The position numbers and the translations under genes were made by a program. From positions 36,332,001-36,396,000 of the forward strand of contig JBNRSN020000002.1 in assembly GCA_051313645.2 (NCBI GenBank): 64,000 nucleotides of DNA. Direction: 5' to 3'. Numbering within the stretch: the first letter of the stretch is position 1; each line of letters begins with the position of its first letter. The notes beneath the pieces were generated by a model. It saw nothing but the letters and a program-made list of their open reading frames with translations. It did not search any database and had not been told where the DNA came from. This stretch comes from Centroscyllium fabricii. Taxonomy: Eukaryota. Shown in pieces: positions 10,713 to 22,458 of this stretch.

Positions 10713-11294
10713 TGTCGTGTCCACCAAGGTGACCAATCAGAAATCTGGTCTTGTCCTCCAAGGGGACCAATCAGAACTTTGGTGTTACAACTAGTTACAG
10801 CCATATTGCTCATAATGTATTGCCGGTGATGTGCTCAGAGAGCACCAGATTTGTAGGGGTAACATTTCCTGCTTGCAAACGCTTACTAGCACTTTAATTT
10901 GAACACTTTAAGTGTAGCCTATCAGAATTTTGAGGCAAAAGTCCACCAAAGCAGGTAAAATGATGGCGCCATAGAATGGCTGACGTCTTGTGGGCTCCGT
11001 GCGTGCCGGGCAGCTTAATGTCCTTGTTGCGCGGTGCGTTCGGATCGCAATAAGCATTTCACTGTCTAGATTGTATTTAGTACATGTGACAATAAACTTG
11101 AACTTGAACTGGGTGACGTTAGTGAAACACCAGAGCTACCCTGGGGAACAAATATCCCTCCTTCCCATGTAGCATCCATTTACAACGGGCACTGAGTGGC
11201 TGGCACAGTCCTTCAGAGCACCAAACCATATTATAGAGAGCAAAATCATTTGTATTTGCATTGCTGAACGGGCCTTGAGCAGCAGCCTTGCACA

Positions 11295-11580
11295 TGTGAT
11301 GAACCATTTGGTGTGGTTCACACTGTGCTATTATTGTATATAGTTTGTGTTAATATATCTGTACCTTTCTGGATTATTGTATATAGTTTGTGTTAATAAA
11401 TCTGTACCTTTCTGTAAGGACCTGGACCGGCTGACCCCGCCTCTGGGTATGAGTATAAAGGAGAATGCTCTGCCCACCTGGCTCTCATTCCGGGCGGACT
11501 CATCGCAAACTAGGTTCAGTTCTTTGTAAATAAAAGCCTTTCGTTAGAATAAGCTGTCGGCTCTGATTTGAGGCTCCACA
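11295..11580 (+). mobile_element. Solo LTR (286 bp)
   Basis: TG...CA ends, 5-bp TSD GCACA (11290-11294, 11581-11585), TATAAAG and AATAAA, ~42-bp internal tandem duplication. Confidence 0.8.
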
Positions 11581-11751
11581 GCACACAGTCCAACCCCCCG
11601 GTCCTAGCGTATCGAGGATTCCTGCCCACATTACCAAGCTGTCAATTCATCAGTCTCCACGTCTGAAAACAGGATTATGAATTACATTATCGGCCCCATC
11701 AACTGACTGTACATAGCACCGTGAATATTCAAATCTAATACTTTTTGTTGC

Positions 11752-12016
11752 ATCAAGAGGATTAGGACCTTATTGCACGTGATGTTACATTGCATACAGT
11801 TTTAATTATTTAACATGCAATGTAACATCACGTACAATAAGGTCCTAATGCACTTTTAATATATTGTTATAGTTTTCAAAAATTCAAATGTGATATGTAC
11901 AGAATCAGTTTTTTTACACTTCTCAGTCAGGAAGATTAACACTGTACTTTGATGTTAAATAATTAAAACTGTATGCAATGTAACATCACGTACAATAAGG
12001 TCCAAATCCTCTTGAT
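11752..12016. repeat. Nested inverted repeats (65-bp arms plus an internal 35-bp-stem hairpin)
   Basis: 11752-11816 is the reverse complement of 11952-12016 (2 mismatches). 11761-11795 also pairs with 11815-11849 (1 mismatch). Confidence 0.85.
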
Positions 12017-13069
12017 TGAGAAGAGTAGGGGGAAAAATAAATGAATCACTTTTCAAACTTTAATCTTCAAATTCCTCTTTAACTCCAAAAAGTAGTTTTG
12101 TTTCAGCAGACATTACGTTTGGAGGACAATTTAAAGTTTGATTAAATTGGAACAGTTGCGAAATATGCACACCATTGTCTTCTCTTGCACACCTGACAAT
12201 AGCTGGTTGCAGCCCAGTATTGCCATTAAGCCAGCTTGTCCTAGCCTTGGATGATTCCTGGAAAAAATAATAAAGAGCTAAATGATGTCGCTACACTACT
12301 TGAACAGAACGTTGTTCAACATAGATTTTTTTTTTTAATCCTGTTCTATTAAAGTACAAGAAAGCAAATGCAGAATACATATTGCTGGAGGCTTTGCATA
12401 TTAGTCGTGCGCGGAACAAACCAGTCTGAATTTGACATTGATCTTTATTTTCACTACAGATTGTCTGCCTGTGCCACTGCCAAATACTTTTTCTGACTCA
12501 TAACTCTTTGAATTTAGCAGTGATCATTTTTCTATTCTAAGTCATGAAATGTTTCTGCATTAATCTATATTGCGAACAGTCACGCTTCGACATCAGGCCA
12601 AGCACAATGAGACTGCTGATTGGTCAATTTTATCACATGGTCTAACCTTAATTTGACACATGGATTACTGAGTACTGTGGCTGTCAAGTAAACAAGTTGT
12701 CTGGGCAATTGAAAAGTAATAAAGGGAGATTCTTGTTGCAGTAATCGCTCATTGGATCACTTTTCTCTTCAGATTTAAGGGAGAAAAATTATTTGCTGGG
12801 CTTACAGTATGTCAGTTCTCACTCACTGGCTTATATTTGAAGGTATTGGCTTTCCTTCTAATCTCCGACAGCGTCAGTTCCTGCTTCCATTCAGTTTGCT
12901 TTGCGCGTGTTAAAATTATCTCTTAAGATTTCAGAACTTAGCATTCCAATTATAGATCAATGCTATTAATCACTACACAAGGTAAATGCCTTAAACAATT
13001 CACCTCCCTCTGGTGCTGTATCACTTGGTACAACTATAATGCCTGCTGTGAGGTGGCTAAAATTCACCA

Positions 13070-13993
13070 GGGGGAAAAATTGGGTTGCCTTGCGCCTCCC
13101 GTTAGCACGCCCAGGGGGGCGCTAACATGGCGCAAACCCCTAGAGCCCGGGCGTGGCACCGTTAACGCCTCCCGTGAAATTCAGCAGGAGGGTAGCGTCA
13201 CCGTCATGTGCAGCGCCCCGCTCACAACCTTGGATTGATCCCCCTGACCTATCGCCGGACGATATGTCCGTGTGGTAACCGTAATTACCAGTGTATATAT
13301 ATGGATGTGTTCACCTTCAACTCTGTACATTGTGTGTATATATATGGATGTGTTCACCTTCAACTCTGTACATTGTGTGTAAGGCCAGGTCAGCCACACC
13401 TCTAACTCCTCCCCTCAGGTGGGAGCATATAGGTGAGGGCCGCCCTGCCCCCGCTCATTCTCGCCTTGAACTCGACAGGAGACTAGCTCCATTGTAAGTG
13501 AATAAAAGCCTGTAGTTTGGGTAACTACTTGTCTTTCGTGTTTGATTGACGATACATCAGTCTGACAGGGTCAGGGTAGCATTTTTGCAGACGCAGCAGC
13601 GCTACTTAAAGGGCAGGTGTCGGGCTGCCATTTCTTTGGGCCGACTGCCAACACCTGCCCCCTTCCCCTTTTTTCTTTGGGGTGCCGGCCACAACCGCTC
13701 AGCCCGGCACCGCTCTTGAGTGCCAGGCTGTTTTCACAGCACCCTGCTCCCTGGTGGTCTAGCAGGGCCCCGGCGTGCACAGTGCTACGCCCCTTCCCTT
13801 TAATCAGGGGAGGGAGGCCTGCAATAACACGCCGCTATGTGCTGACATGCATGTCGCTGTTGCACATAGCACCGCAAAATTCACTGGTAGCGGCCCAAGG
13901 TAGCGCCTCACGCTTGGGGCGCTACTACTGAATTTACGGTGCAGGGGCGCTAATAGGGGGCACCAATAGGGGGCGCCACTGAATTTTTCCCCC
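13070..13993. mobile_element. GC-rich MITE, probably PIF/Harbinger-like, hosting a solo LTR
   Basis: TIRs GGGGGAAAAATT / AATTTTTCCCCC with 3-bp flanks CCA/TCA. Confidence 0.55.
13271..13559 (+). mobile_element. Solo LTR (289 bp)
   Basis: TG...CA ends, TSD GTCCG/GTCTG (one CpG transition), AATAAA at ~13501, ~44-bp internal tandem duplication. Confidence 0.75.
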
Positions 13994-14027
13994 TCAGTGT
14001 CTAAGAGGACAAGCTTGCTGGTGTTGA

Positions 14028-14400
14028 ACACAGAAACACAGAAGATAGGAGCAGGAGTAGGCCATTCGGCCCTTTGAGCCTCCTCCACCATTTTTGATGA
14101 GATCATGGCTGATCATCCAAACCCAGCAACCCCCCTCCTGCCCTCTCCCCATATCCCCTGACATCCCCAATTCTAAGAACTATATCTCACACACATACTC
14201 ATGGGCAATTTTTTTTTTAGTTATCTCCAATTCACCTAACCTGCATGTCTTTGGGTGGTGGGAGGAAACCGGAGTACCCGGAGGAAACCCCCACGAACAT
14301 GCGGAGAACATGCAAACTCCACGCAGGGAGAGCAGGATTCGAACCCAGGAGCTCCTTATTGTGAGGCAGCGGTGCTAACCACTGCGCCACCGCGTCGTCC
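14028..14400 (-). mobile_element. Second V-SINE family (tRNA head, V-domain, CR1 tail)
   Basis: B box GGTTCGAATCC and V-domain on the - strand. Homologous to 26501-29296. Confidence 0.8.
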
Positions 14401-14446
14401 AGTTGAAGGAGCCAGGAGACAACAGACAACAGCTTAGACTTAAATA

Positions 14447-14617
14447 TAAGAAGTCACACAACACCAGGTTATACTCCAACAGTTTTATTTGAAATCATAA
14501 CCTTTCGGATCGCTGCTCCTTCGTCACCTGATGAAGGAGCAATGCTCTGAAAGTTTGTGATTTCAAATAAAGCTGTTGGGACTATAACCTGGTGTTGTGT
14601 GACTTCTTACATTTGTC
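14447..14617. mobile_element. Penelope pLTR-derived palindrome with degenerate hammerhead (14524-14560), split by a CR1; remainder at 17401-17415
   Basis: TCAC-CTGATGA-A-GGAGC-AAT-GCTCT-GAAAGTTT-GTGA. TSD AGACTTAAATA/AGGCTTAAATA (14436-14446, 17416-17426). Confidence 0.75.
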
Positions 14618-17304
14618 TTTGATGTGGTGGCCATTACAGAGACATGGCTGGAGCAGGGACAGGACTGGATGCTTGGGGTCCCGGGATACAGAAGCTTCTG
14701 GAGGAGCAGGGAGGAAGGAAAGCGCGGGGGGGGAGTAGCACTGCTGGTCAAGGACAACGTGACGGCTACAGAAAAAAACTTTGAGGGAGACACACAAACG
14801 GAGGTAGTATGGGCGGAGCTTAGGAATAGGAAGGGGGCGGTAACGCTAGTGGGAGTCTTTTATAGACCACCAAATAGTAACAGGGAGGTGGAGGAGGAAA
14901 TTGCGCGACAAATAAAGGAAAGATGTGGGGGACAGAGGGTAGTTATAATGGGAGATTTCAATTTCCCTAATATAGACTGGAATCTAGGTAGGTCAAGGAG
15001 TGCAGAGGGAGAGAGTTTCTTACAATGCGTACAGGAAGGTTTCCTGACACAATACGTGGAGGAACCAACAAGGGGGGGTGCAACGTTGGACCTGGTTCTG
15101 GGAAATGAACCAGGCCAAGTGGTAGAAGTGGGGGTAAGGGAGCACTTTGGGGACAGTGACCACAACTCGGTGACGTTCACAATAGTAATGGAGAAGGATA
15201 GGAGCAAGAGGCAGGGCAAGGTATACAGCTGGGGGAGGGGAAATTACGACAGGGTTAGGCACGATTTAGGTAACACCAATTGGGAACGGGAACTTGAGGG
15301 GAGAGGAACGGAAGAAAAATGGAGAGTGTTCAGGAACAAATTATGAAAGCCCTGGACAAGCATGTCCCGAGTAGGATGGGGAGAAAGGGTAGGATGAGAG
15401 AACCATGGATCACGAAAGAGGTAGAACAATTAGTAAAAAGGAAGAAGGAAGCATATGATAAAATCAGAAAACAGAGTACAGAGGGGGCGGGAAGGGAGTA
15501 CAAAGAAGCAAGGAAAGAACTGAAGAATGGGCTAAGGAAGGCAAAGGGAGGGCATGAGAAGGCATTAGCGGGAAGGATAAAGGAGAACCCCAAGGCTTTC
15601 TATGCTTACGTAAGAAATAAAAGGATGACTAGGGTAAAAGTAGGGCCGATCAAAGACAGCAAGGGAGAAATGTGCACGGAGCCAGAGGAAATTGGGGAAG
15701 CACTAAATGAATATTTTGCGTCCGTGTTCACAAGGGAGAGGGAACTAAAAGTAGAGGGGGAGTTCAAGATACAAGGGGAAAAGATGGGGGAAGTAAATAT
15801 TCAGAGGGGGGAGGTATTAAAAATTTTGGAGAAACTAAAGGTAGACAAATCTCCTGGGCCGGACGGGATTTATCCAAGGATTCTCTGGGAGGCGAGGAAA
15901 GAAATCGCAGAGCCACTGACCTCTATCTTTAGATCATCGCTATCCTCCGGGATAGTCCCTAAGGACTGGAGAGAGGCGAATGTGGCTCCCATATTTAAAA
16001 AGGGGAGCAGGGACGCGCCAGGGAACTACAGACCAGTCAGTCTCACCTCAGTGGTCGGAAAGGTGATGGAAAGGGTCCTGAAGGACAGGATCTACGACCA
16101 TCTAGATAGGGGCGAATTAATCAGAAGCAGTCAGCACGGATTCGTTAAAGGCAAATCGTGCCTGACCAACCTGATAGAATTCTTTGAAGAGGTGACCAGG
16201 AGTGTGGACGAGGGAAAGGCGGTTGATGTCATATATATGGACTTCAGCAAGGCGTTCGACAAGGTCCCGCACGGTCGACTTATGAGGAAAGTAAGGAGAT
16301 GCGGGGTAAGCAACAAAGTGGTGGGATGGATTGAGAACTGGCTGGCTCAAAGGAAGCAGAGGGTAGTGGTAGAAGGCCAATACTCGGGCTGGAGACTGGT
16401 CACCAGTGGGGTACCACAGGGGTCGGTGTTGGGGCCACTACTGTTTGTAATCTTCATCAATGACTTGGAGGAGGGGACTGAGGGGTGGGTCAGCAAGTTT
16501 GCGGACGACACAAAGATAGGGGGAGAAGTGGATGAGGAGGAAGGAGGTAGGAAGATTCAGAGGGATATAGACAGGATGCAGAGCTGGGCTGAAGAATGGC
16601 AAATGGAGTTCAACACGGGGAAATGCGAGGTGATGCACTTCGGCAGGGCAAATAGGAAGAGGGAATATAGGGTCAATGGCAGAATCCTGAGTGAAGCAGA
16701 GGAGCAAAGGGATCTGGGAGTATATGTACACAGATCACTGAAGGCTGCCACCCAGGTGGACAAAGCAGTGAAAAAGGCCTATGGTGTATTGGCCTTCATC
16801 AACAGGGGAATAGAGTTTAGGAACCGGGAGGTCATGCTGCAGCTGTACAGGTCACTGGTGAGACCACACTTGGAGTACTGTGTGCAGTTCTGGGCACCGT
16901 ACTACAGGAGAGATGTGGAGGCGCTGGAGAGGGTGCAGAGGAGATTCACCAGGATGCTGCCGGGAATGGGAGGAAGGTCATACGAGGAGAGGTTGAGGGA
17001 GCTGGGACTCTTCTCACTGGAACGGAGAAGGAAGAGGGGGGACTTGATAGAGATGTTTAAAATGATGAAGGGGATCGATAGAGTAAACGTGCAAAGACTG
17101 TTTCCCCGGGCGGGAAGAACGTCAACAAGAGGACACGAGCACAAGATTCAAGGAGGAAGATTCAGAAGGGATGGCAGGGGCAGGTTCTTTACACAGAGAG
17201 TGGTCGGGGAATGGAATAGGCTACCATCTGAAATAGTGGATGCGGACAGTCTGGGTGCTTTTAAAAGGATGATAGACAGGTACATGGAGGGGAAGGAACA
17301 GTAG
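14618..17304 (+). pseudogene. CR1 ORF2 (AP endonuclease + reverse transcriptase) with one frameshift near 15330
   Basis: ORFs 14624-15346 and 15319-17304 overlap. No other stops seen. Confidence 0.88.
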
Positions 17305-17400
17305 GGGGGAAAGGAAAAATCAGAAAAGGACTAAGGGCGGCACTACATTGAGGGCCCAAGGGCCTGTATAGTGCTGTATGTTCTATGTTCTATGTTCTAT
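14618..17400 (+). mobile_element. Young CR1 LINE, 5'-truncated within the endonuclease domain
   Basis: APE motifs (VAITETWL, FYRPP, MGDFN, LDLVL, SDH), then 661-codon RT ORF (GVPQGSVLGP, KFADD). (TGTTCTA)n tail. TGTC at both junctions. Confidence 0.93.
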
Positions 17401-17774
17401 GTCCACCCATATCATAGGCTTAAATAGCTTCTTTAACATCATAAGATGTCCCCAGGAGGTTCACAGCTGGATATCAGCCCCAAGCAGGAGGGGAGGATGC
17501 TGAAAGTGCTGTTGAACAACAAGGTTTAAAGGAAGATTTTGTGGGTATGGAAGAGATGTAGCCAGAGTACAAGGGTTTAGAGAGGGTGTTCCAAATGTGG
17601 GGGGCCACATAGATAAAGGCTCTTCCACCAAAGGTAGACTGGAGGGCACAGGTGGGGACAGGGCTCAAAGCGGTTACAAAAATATGGAAGATGAGGCCAT
17701 GGAGGGAGTTGAAGTTGAGGGCAAGGAAAGTGAAGTCAATAGTCTGAGAACAAGGGACCAACGGAAGTCATATC

Positions 17775-18089
17775 CTAGAATCATAGAATCCCTACAGTGC
17801 AGATAGAGGCCATTTCGGCCCATCGAGCCTGCACCGACACATATCCCACCCTATCCCCGTAACCCCACATACTCAATCCCCCTAACACTAAGGGTCAATT
17901 TAACCTGGCCAATCAACCTAACCCTCACATCTTTGGACTGTGGGAGGAAACCAGAGGACCCGGAGGAAACCCACGCAGACACAGGGAGAATGTGCAAACT
18001 CCACACAGATAGTCACCCAAGGCCGGATTTGAACCCGTGCCCCAGGCGCTGTGAGGCAACAGTGCTAACCACTGTGCCACCGTGCCGCC
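17775..18089 (-). mobile_element. HE1-type V-SINE with a short alternative CR1 tail
   Basis: Same head and V-domain as the other HE1 copies, but tail reads GCTCGATGGGCCGAAATGGCCTCTATCTGCACTGTAGGGATTCTATGA. Confidence 0.85.
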
Positions 18090-18379
18090 TGGATCAACAA
18101 GGATCAGGTGATACCCGAGTGGGCTTTTTACAGTTAGATACAATTCAGGGGGTTTGGGATGAATTGGAGTTTGTGTTGGTTGGAACTCGGGAAGCCAGCA
18201 AAGAGCACATTGGAAAGGTTTTATCGGAAGATGACAAAGGTGTAGATAATAGCTTCAGCAACAGTGGAAGGCATGAGGTAGGGCTAAAGAATAGGTGATA
18301 TGTCATGTATGGAAGTACACAGTCTTGGTAATGTAGGATGTTGGGATTGAAACTCAGCTCAGAGCCGAGCGGCACACCG

Positions 18380-18668
18380 AGCCCTGTTCCTGGGACTAGG
18401 GACAGGGTTACTGGCAAGGCTTGGAAGCTAAGCAGGGCCAGGCCTGGTTAGTACTTGGATGGGTGACCACCAGGGAATACCAGGTGCAGAAGGTCAGGAA
18501 CGGCGCCCTGGGGAGGGGCGGTTGGCTGAAGATTGTCGGAATGATGGAAAGATGGAATGGCGGCGTGCACAGACGCAGTGGCTTTGCTGGACTCTTGGGA
18601 GCTTGCAAGATCACATTTTGTTGTTCATGTACTTGTATAATGACAATAAAAGTATTATTATTATTATT
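18380..18668 (+). mobile_element. 5S rRNA-derived SINE (SINE3 class), copy 1
   Basis: 18421-18493 matches the 3' part of vertebrate 5S rRNA (GGAAGCTAAGCAGGG..GGCCTGGTTAGTACTTGGATGGG.GACC.C..GGGAATACC.GGTGC). Second copy at 60177-60478. (ATT)n tail. Confidence 0.8.
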
Positions 18669-18844
18669 GAGATTATGTGCTATCAGGCAGTGCAAGGAGG
18701 GCGATGCAACTAGAGCAAGAGCATTGTAATGGCTGAGGGCCAAAAAGGATGGGTTTGGCCTTGCAATATTGAGCTGCAAAACTATCTAGCTCATCCACTT
18801 AATATCAAATAAACAATCCAACAGCATGTTTACTATATTTCCTT

Positions 18845-19420
18845 TAATTCATTCACAGGATGTTGGCATCACTGGCAAGGCCAGCATTTATTGCCCATCT
18901 CTAACTGCCCTTGAGAAGGTGGTGGTGAGCTGCCTTCTTGAATCGCTGTAGTCCATGTGGCGGAGGTACACCTGCAGTGCTGTTAGGAGGGGAGTTCCAG
19001 GATTTTGACCCAGCGATGATGTGTGATTTGGAGGGGGGACTTGGAGGTGATGGTGCACCCATGCGCCTGCTGCCCTTGTCCTTCTAAGTGGTAGAGGTCA
19101 TGGGTTTGGGAGATACTGTCGAAGAAGCGTTGGCGAGTTGCGGCACTACATTTTGTAGATGACGCACACTGCAGCCACGGTGCGCCGGTGGAGTGAGGGA
19201 GAGAATATTTAGGACGGTGAATGGGGTGCCGATTAAGCGAGCTGCTTTGTCCTGGATGGAGAGCATTCCATCACACTCCAGACTTGTGCTTTGTAGGTGG
19301 TGGGAAGGCTTTGGTGAGTCAGGAGGTGACACACTCGCCACAGAATACCCAGCCTCTGACTAGCTCTTGTATCCACAGTATTTCTGTGGCTGGTCCAGTT
19401 AAATTTCTGGTCAATGGTTG
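18845..19420 (-). mobile_element. CR1/Jockey-group LINE 3' fragment
   Basis: Homologous to 1-231 and 39670-40040 (IQDKAARLIG motif). Confidence 0.7.
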
Positions 19421-19434
19421 CAAGGTAGAATCTT

Positions 19435-20822
19435 ATTCACAATATATATTAATGATCTAGACAAGGGAACTAGATGTAATTATCTCCCAGTTTGCAGATA
19501 ACACAAAGCTGGGTGCGCATGTGTGCTGTGAGGAGGATGCCGCAAAACTCCAGTATGATTTGGACAGGTTGCGTGAGTGGGCAGAAGCACGGCAGATACA
19601 ATGTAACGTGGATAAATGCGAGGTTATCCACTTTGGTGTCAAAAACAGGAAGGCAGCTTATTATCTGAATGGCAATAGATTGGGAGAAGGGGAAGTGCAA
19701 CGGGACCTGGGTGTCCTTGTGCACCAGTCACTGAAGGTAAGCATGCAGGTGCAACAAGCGGTTAAGAAGGCAAATGGTATGTTGGCCTTCATAGCGAGAG
19801 GGTTTGAGTACAGGAACAAGGATGTCTTGCTGCAGTTGTACAGGGCCTTGGTGAGACCACATCTTGAGTATTGTGTGCAGTTTTGGTCACCTTATCTGAG
19901 GAAGGATGTTCTTGCCATGGAGGGAGTGCAGCAAAGATTAACCAGGCTGATAGCTGGGATGGCAGGAATTACGTATGAGAGATTACATAGAAACATAGAA
20001 GATAGGAGCAGGAGTAGGCCATTCGGCCCTTTGAGCCTGCTCCGCCATTCAATGAGATCATGGCTGATCATCCAAACCCAGCACCCTGTCCCTGCCTTGT
20101 CCCCATATCCCTCTTAAGCCTGCACCGACACATATCCCACCCTATTCCCCATAACCCCACATATTCAATCCCCCTAACACTAAGGGTCAATTTATCCTGG
20201 CCAATCAACCTAACCCGCACATCTTTGGACTGTGGGAGGAAACCGGAGCACCCGGAGGAAACCCACGCAGACACGGGGAGAATGTGCAAACTCCACACAG
20301 ATCGTACCCGAGGCTGGATTTGAACCCGGGTCTCTAGTGCTGTAAGGCAACAGTGCTAACCACTATGCCACCGTGCCACCCAGAGATTGGGTCGATTGGG
20401 TTTATACTCGCTGGAGTTTAGAAGAATGAGAGGGGATCTCATTGAAACTTATAAAATTCTAAAAGAACTAGACAGAGTAGATGCAGGAAAGATGTTCTCG
20501 ATGGTCGGGGAGTTCAGAACCAGGGGTTACAACTAAGGATAAGGGGTAAGCCATTTAGGACAGAGATGAGGAGGAACTTCTTCACCCAGAGAGTGGAGAA
20601 CCTGTGGAACTCTCTGCCACAAAAAGCCATAGAGGCCAATTCATTAAATATATTCAACAAGGAGTTGGATATATTTCTTAAGGCTAAAGGGATCAAGGGA
20701 TATGGGGAGAAAGCAGGAAAAGCGTCCTGAGTTTGGATGATCAGCCATGATCTCATTGAATGCCGGAGCAGGCTCGAGGGGCTGAATGGTCTACTCCTGC
20801 TCCTATCTTCTATATTTCTATG
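19435..20822 (+). mobile_element. CR1 LINE 3' fragment with a nested HE1 SINE
   Basis: FADNTKLG, LYRALVRPHLEYCVQFWSP motifs and tail TTTCTATG. Confidence 0.85.
19985..20381 (-). mobile_element. HE1-type V-SINE
   Basis: TSD AGAGATT (19978-19984, 20382-20388). Confidence 0.9.
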
Positions 20823-21294
20823 CTTCTACCGCTGCACAATAGAAAGCATACTGACAAGCTGCATCACAGTCTGGTATGGTAAATGCACTATCTCGGACCG
20901 GAAAACCCTGCAGCGGGTAGTCAAAACTGCCCAACGAATTACCGGTACACAGCTACCGTCAATGGAAAGCATCTACCTCAAACGCTGCTTACGGAGGTCT
21001 CTGAACATTATTAAAGACCCCACACACCCCAGCCACAGTCTGTTCGCCCCCCTGCCCTCCGGGAGACGCTACAGAGCAATTTAGATTTCAGAACAGCTTC
21101 TTCCCCAGGGCTGTCAGCCTCCTGAACTCTAAAAAGAAACTCCGGTACCTGCACGCCTGATAATGTACTTTACTGTATGCAATTTTGCATGTAATTTATT
21201 TGCACTACTCTCGGGAGCGGCGAGTCTTCGTCTCGTTGTATTGTACTAGTACTCTGCAATGACAATAAAGCTTGAATTGAATTGAATTGAATTG
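20823..21294 (+). mobile_element. Rex1/Babar LINE 3' fragment
   Basis: FYRCTIESILTSCITVWYG and HPSHSLF..LPSGRR motifs, (TTGAA)n tail. Confidence 0.85.
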
Positions 21295-22458
21295 GGCAGC
21301 CTGCAGTAGAACAGTAGTGGGAGACCCATTGAAGTGATGGATGGATGGAATTGTGAGGAGTGGGGGTGGAGGTGAAGGTTAGAGATGATTGATATGCAAA
21401 ACAGTATCAGCATTTACACAGTTCATTATGAATTGTGTTTTAAGTGCAGAGCATTTTGTGAGATACAGGTAATCGAATAAAAAGCCCCAATGAGTGACAC
21501 AAGTGAGCGAGTCATGAATGGGTTATGTTGGCAAGGTTACAAAATGGAATCTTTTTTGTGTTTAACTATTGTACCATTTTCTTTTCAGAGTTGAAACTGG
21601 AACTTTTTGCCTGGGAACTTGTTTCTGTGGGGGTAATGTATTACCTACCACAAGTCAACAAAATGGTCCAAGATGCCGAGTTGCCATGGTGCAGTGGCTA
21701 GCTTTAGATTTAAAATCTGTCAATGTTATCTTTTAGGCACTTCTTTAAATTGTTAGCATTAAGCCCCATCTGTCATTTGCAATGTCGTAATGAGGAAAAA
21801 CATTTGGAAGACTACAAGAAGCAAATGTTTCTTCTGGTTCTTCCCTGACAACACTTGTAAGCATCTGAGAGCTTAGTTATCTGGTGACAATTGAATTGGA
21901 CATCACTGGATGCCTCTTTCCACTCAGCCAAGGTGAATACTTCAGTAAACTACTGTAGACGTGAACTGAGAAATCAAGGTTGGCAGGGACAGAAGTGCAG
22001 ACAGAAAACTGCATGAACGCCCAATACTTAATGCTTCCGATATACTAATGGGGAAGACAACAAAAATCTAAATTCTCAATTTGCCAATGAAGGGTGAGGT
22101 CCCATAGGTCATAAAATAAGTCATGCATATGCTACATGGGGCAAGCTCTCCAGTTCAGTCAATAGGAAAGCTGTGCGTGTTTGCAGTCGGGTAAGAATAC
22201 ATTAAGAGGTTGTCAGTCTTGGCTGGGCTCTCTGATGAAACAGCAACTCACTGGGAGTTGTACAAACTGTCGGTATGCTGACTGCGACAGAAAGAAAAGG
22301 ACTCGAACACGAATGATGAATGTCAATATGTGCTTTATTCATCCGGAAGCAGTGATTCAAGTCATGTGTATAACACCGTGATTAACCCTGTAAGGACCAA
22401 GGTTACATGTTAATTTTAAATGATTATGTACATCCATATATGCACACCCAGAAATGCA

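Larger units (their letters stand above)
17480..18800 (-). mobile_element. Degraded L2 LINE fragments interrupted by two SINEs
   Basis: Translation GGRAFIYVAPHIWNTL and other L2-like C-terminal remnants on the - strand. Confidence 0.55.

Noticed and set aside
18421-18493. Functional 5S rRNA gene
   Set aside because: Lacks the 5' ~45 nt and an oligo-T terminator, and is embedded in a dispersed repeat with a LINE-like tail.
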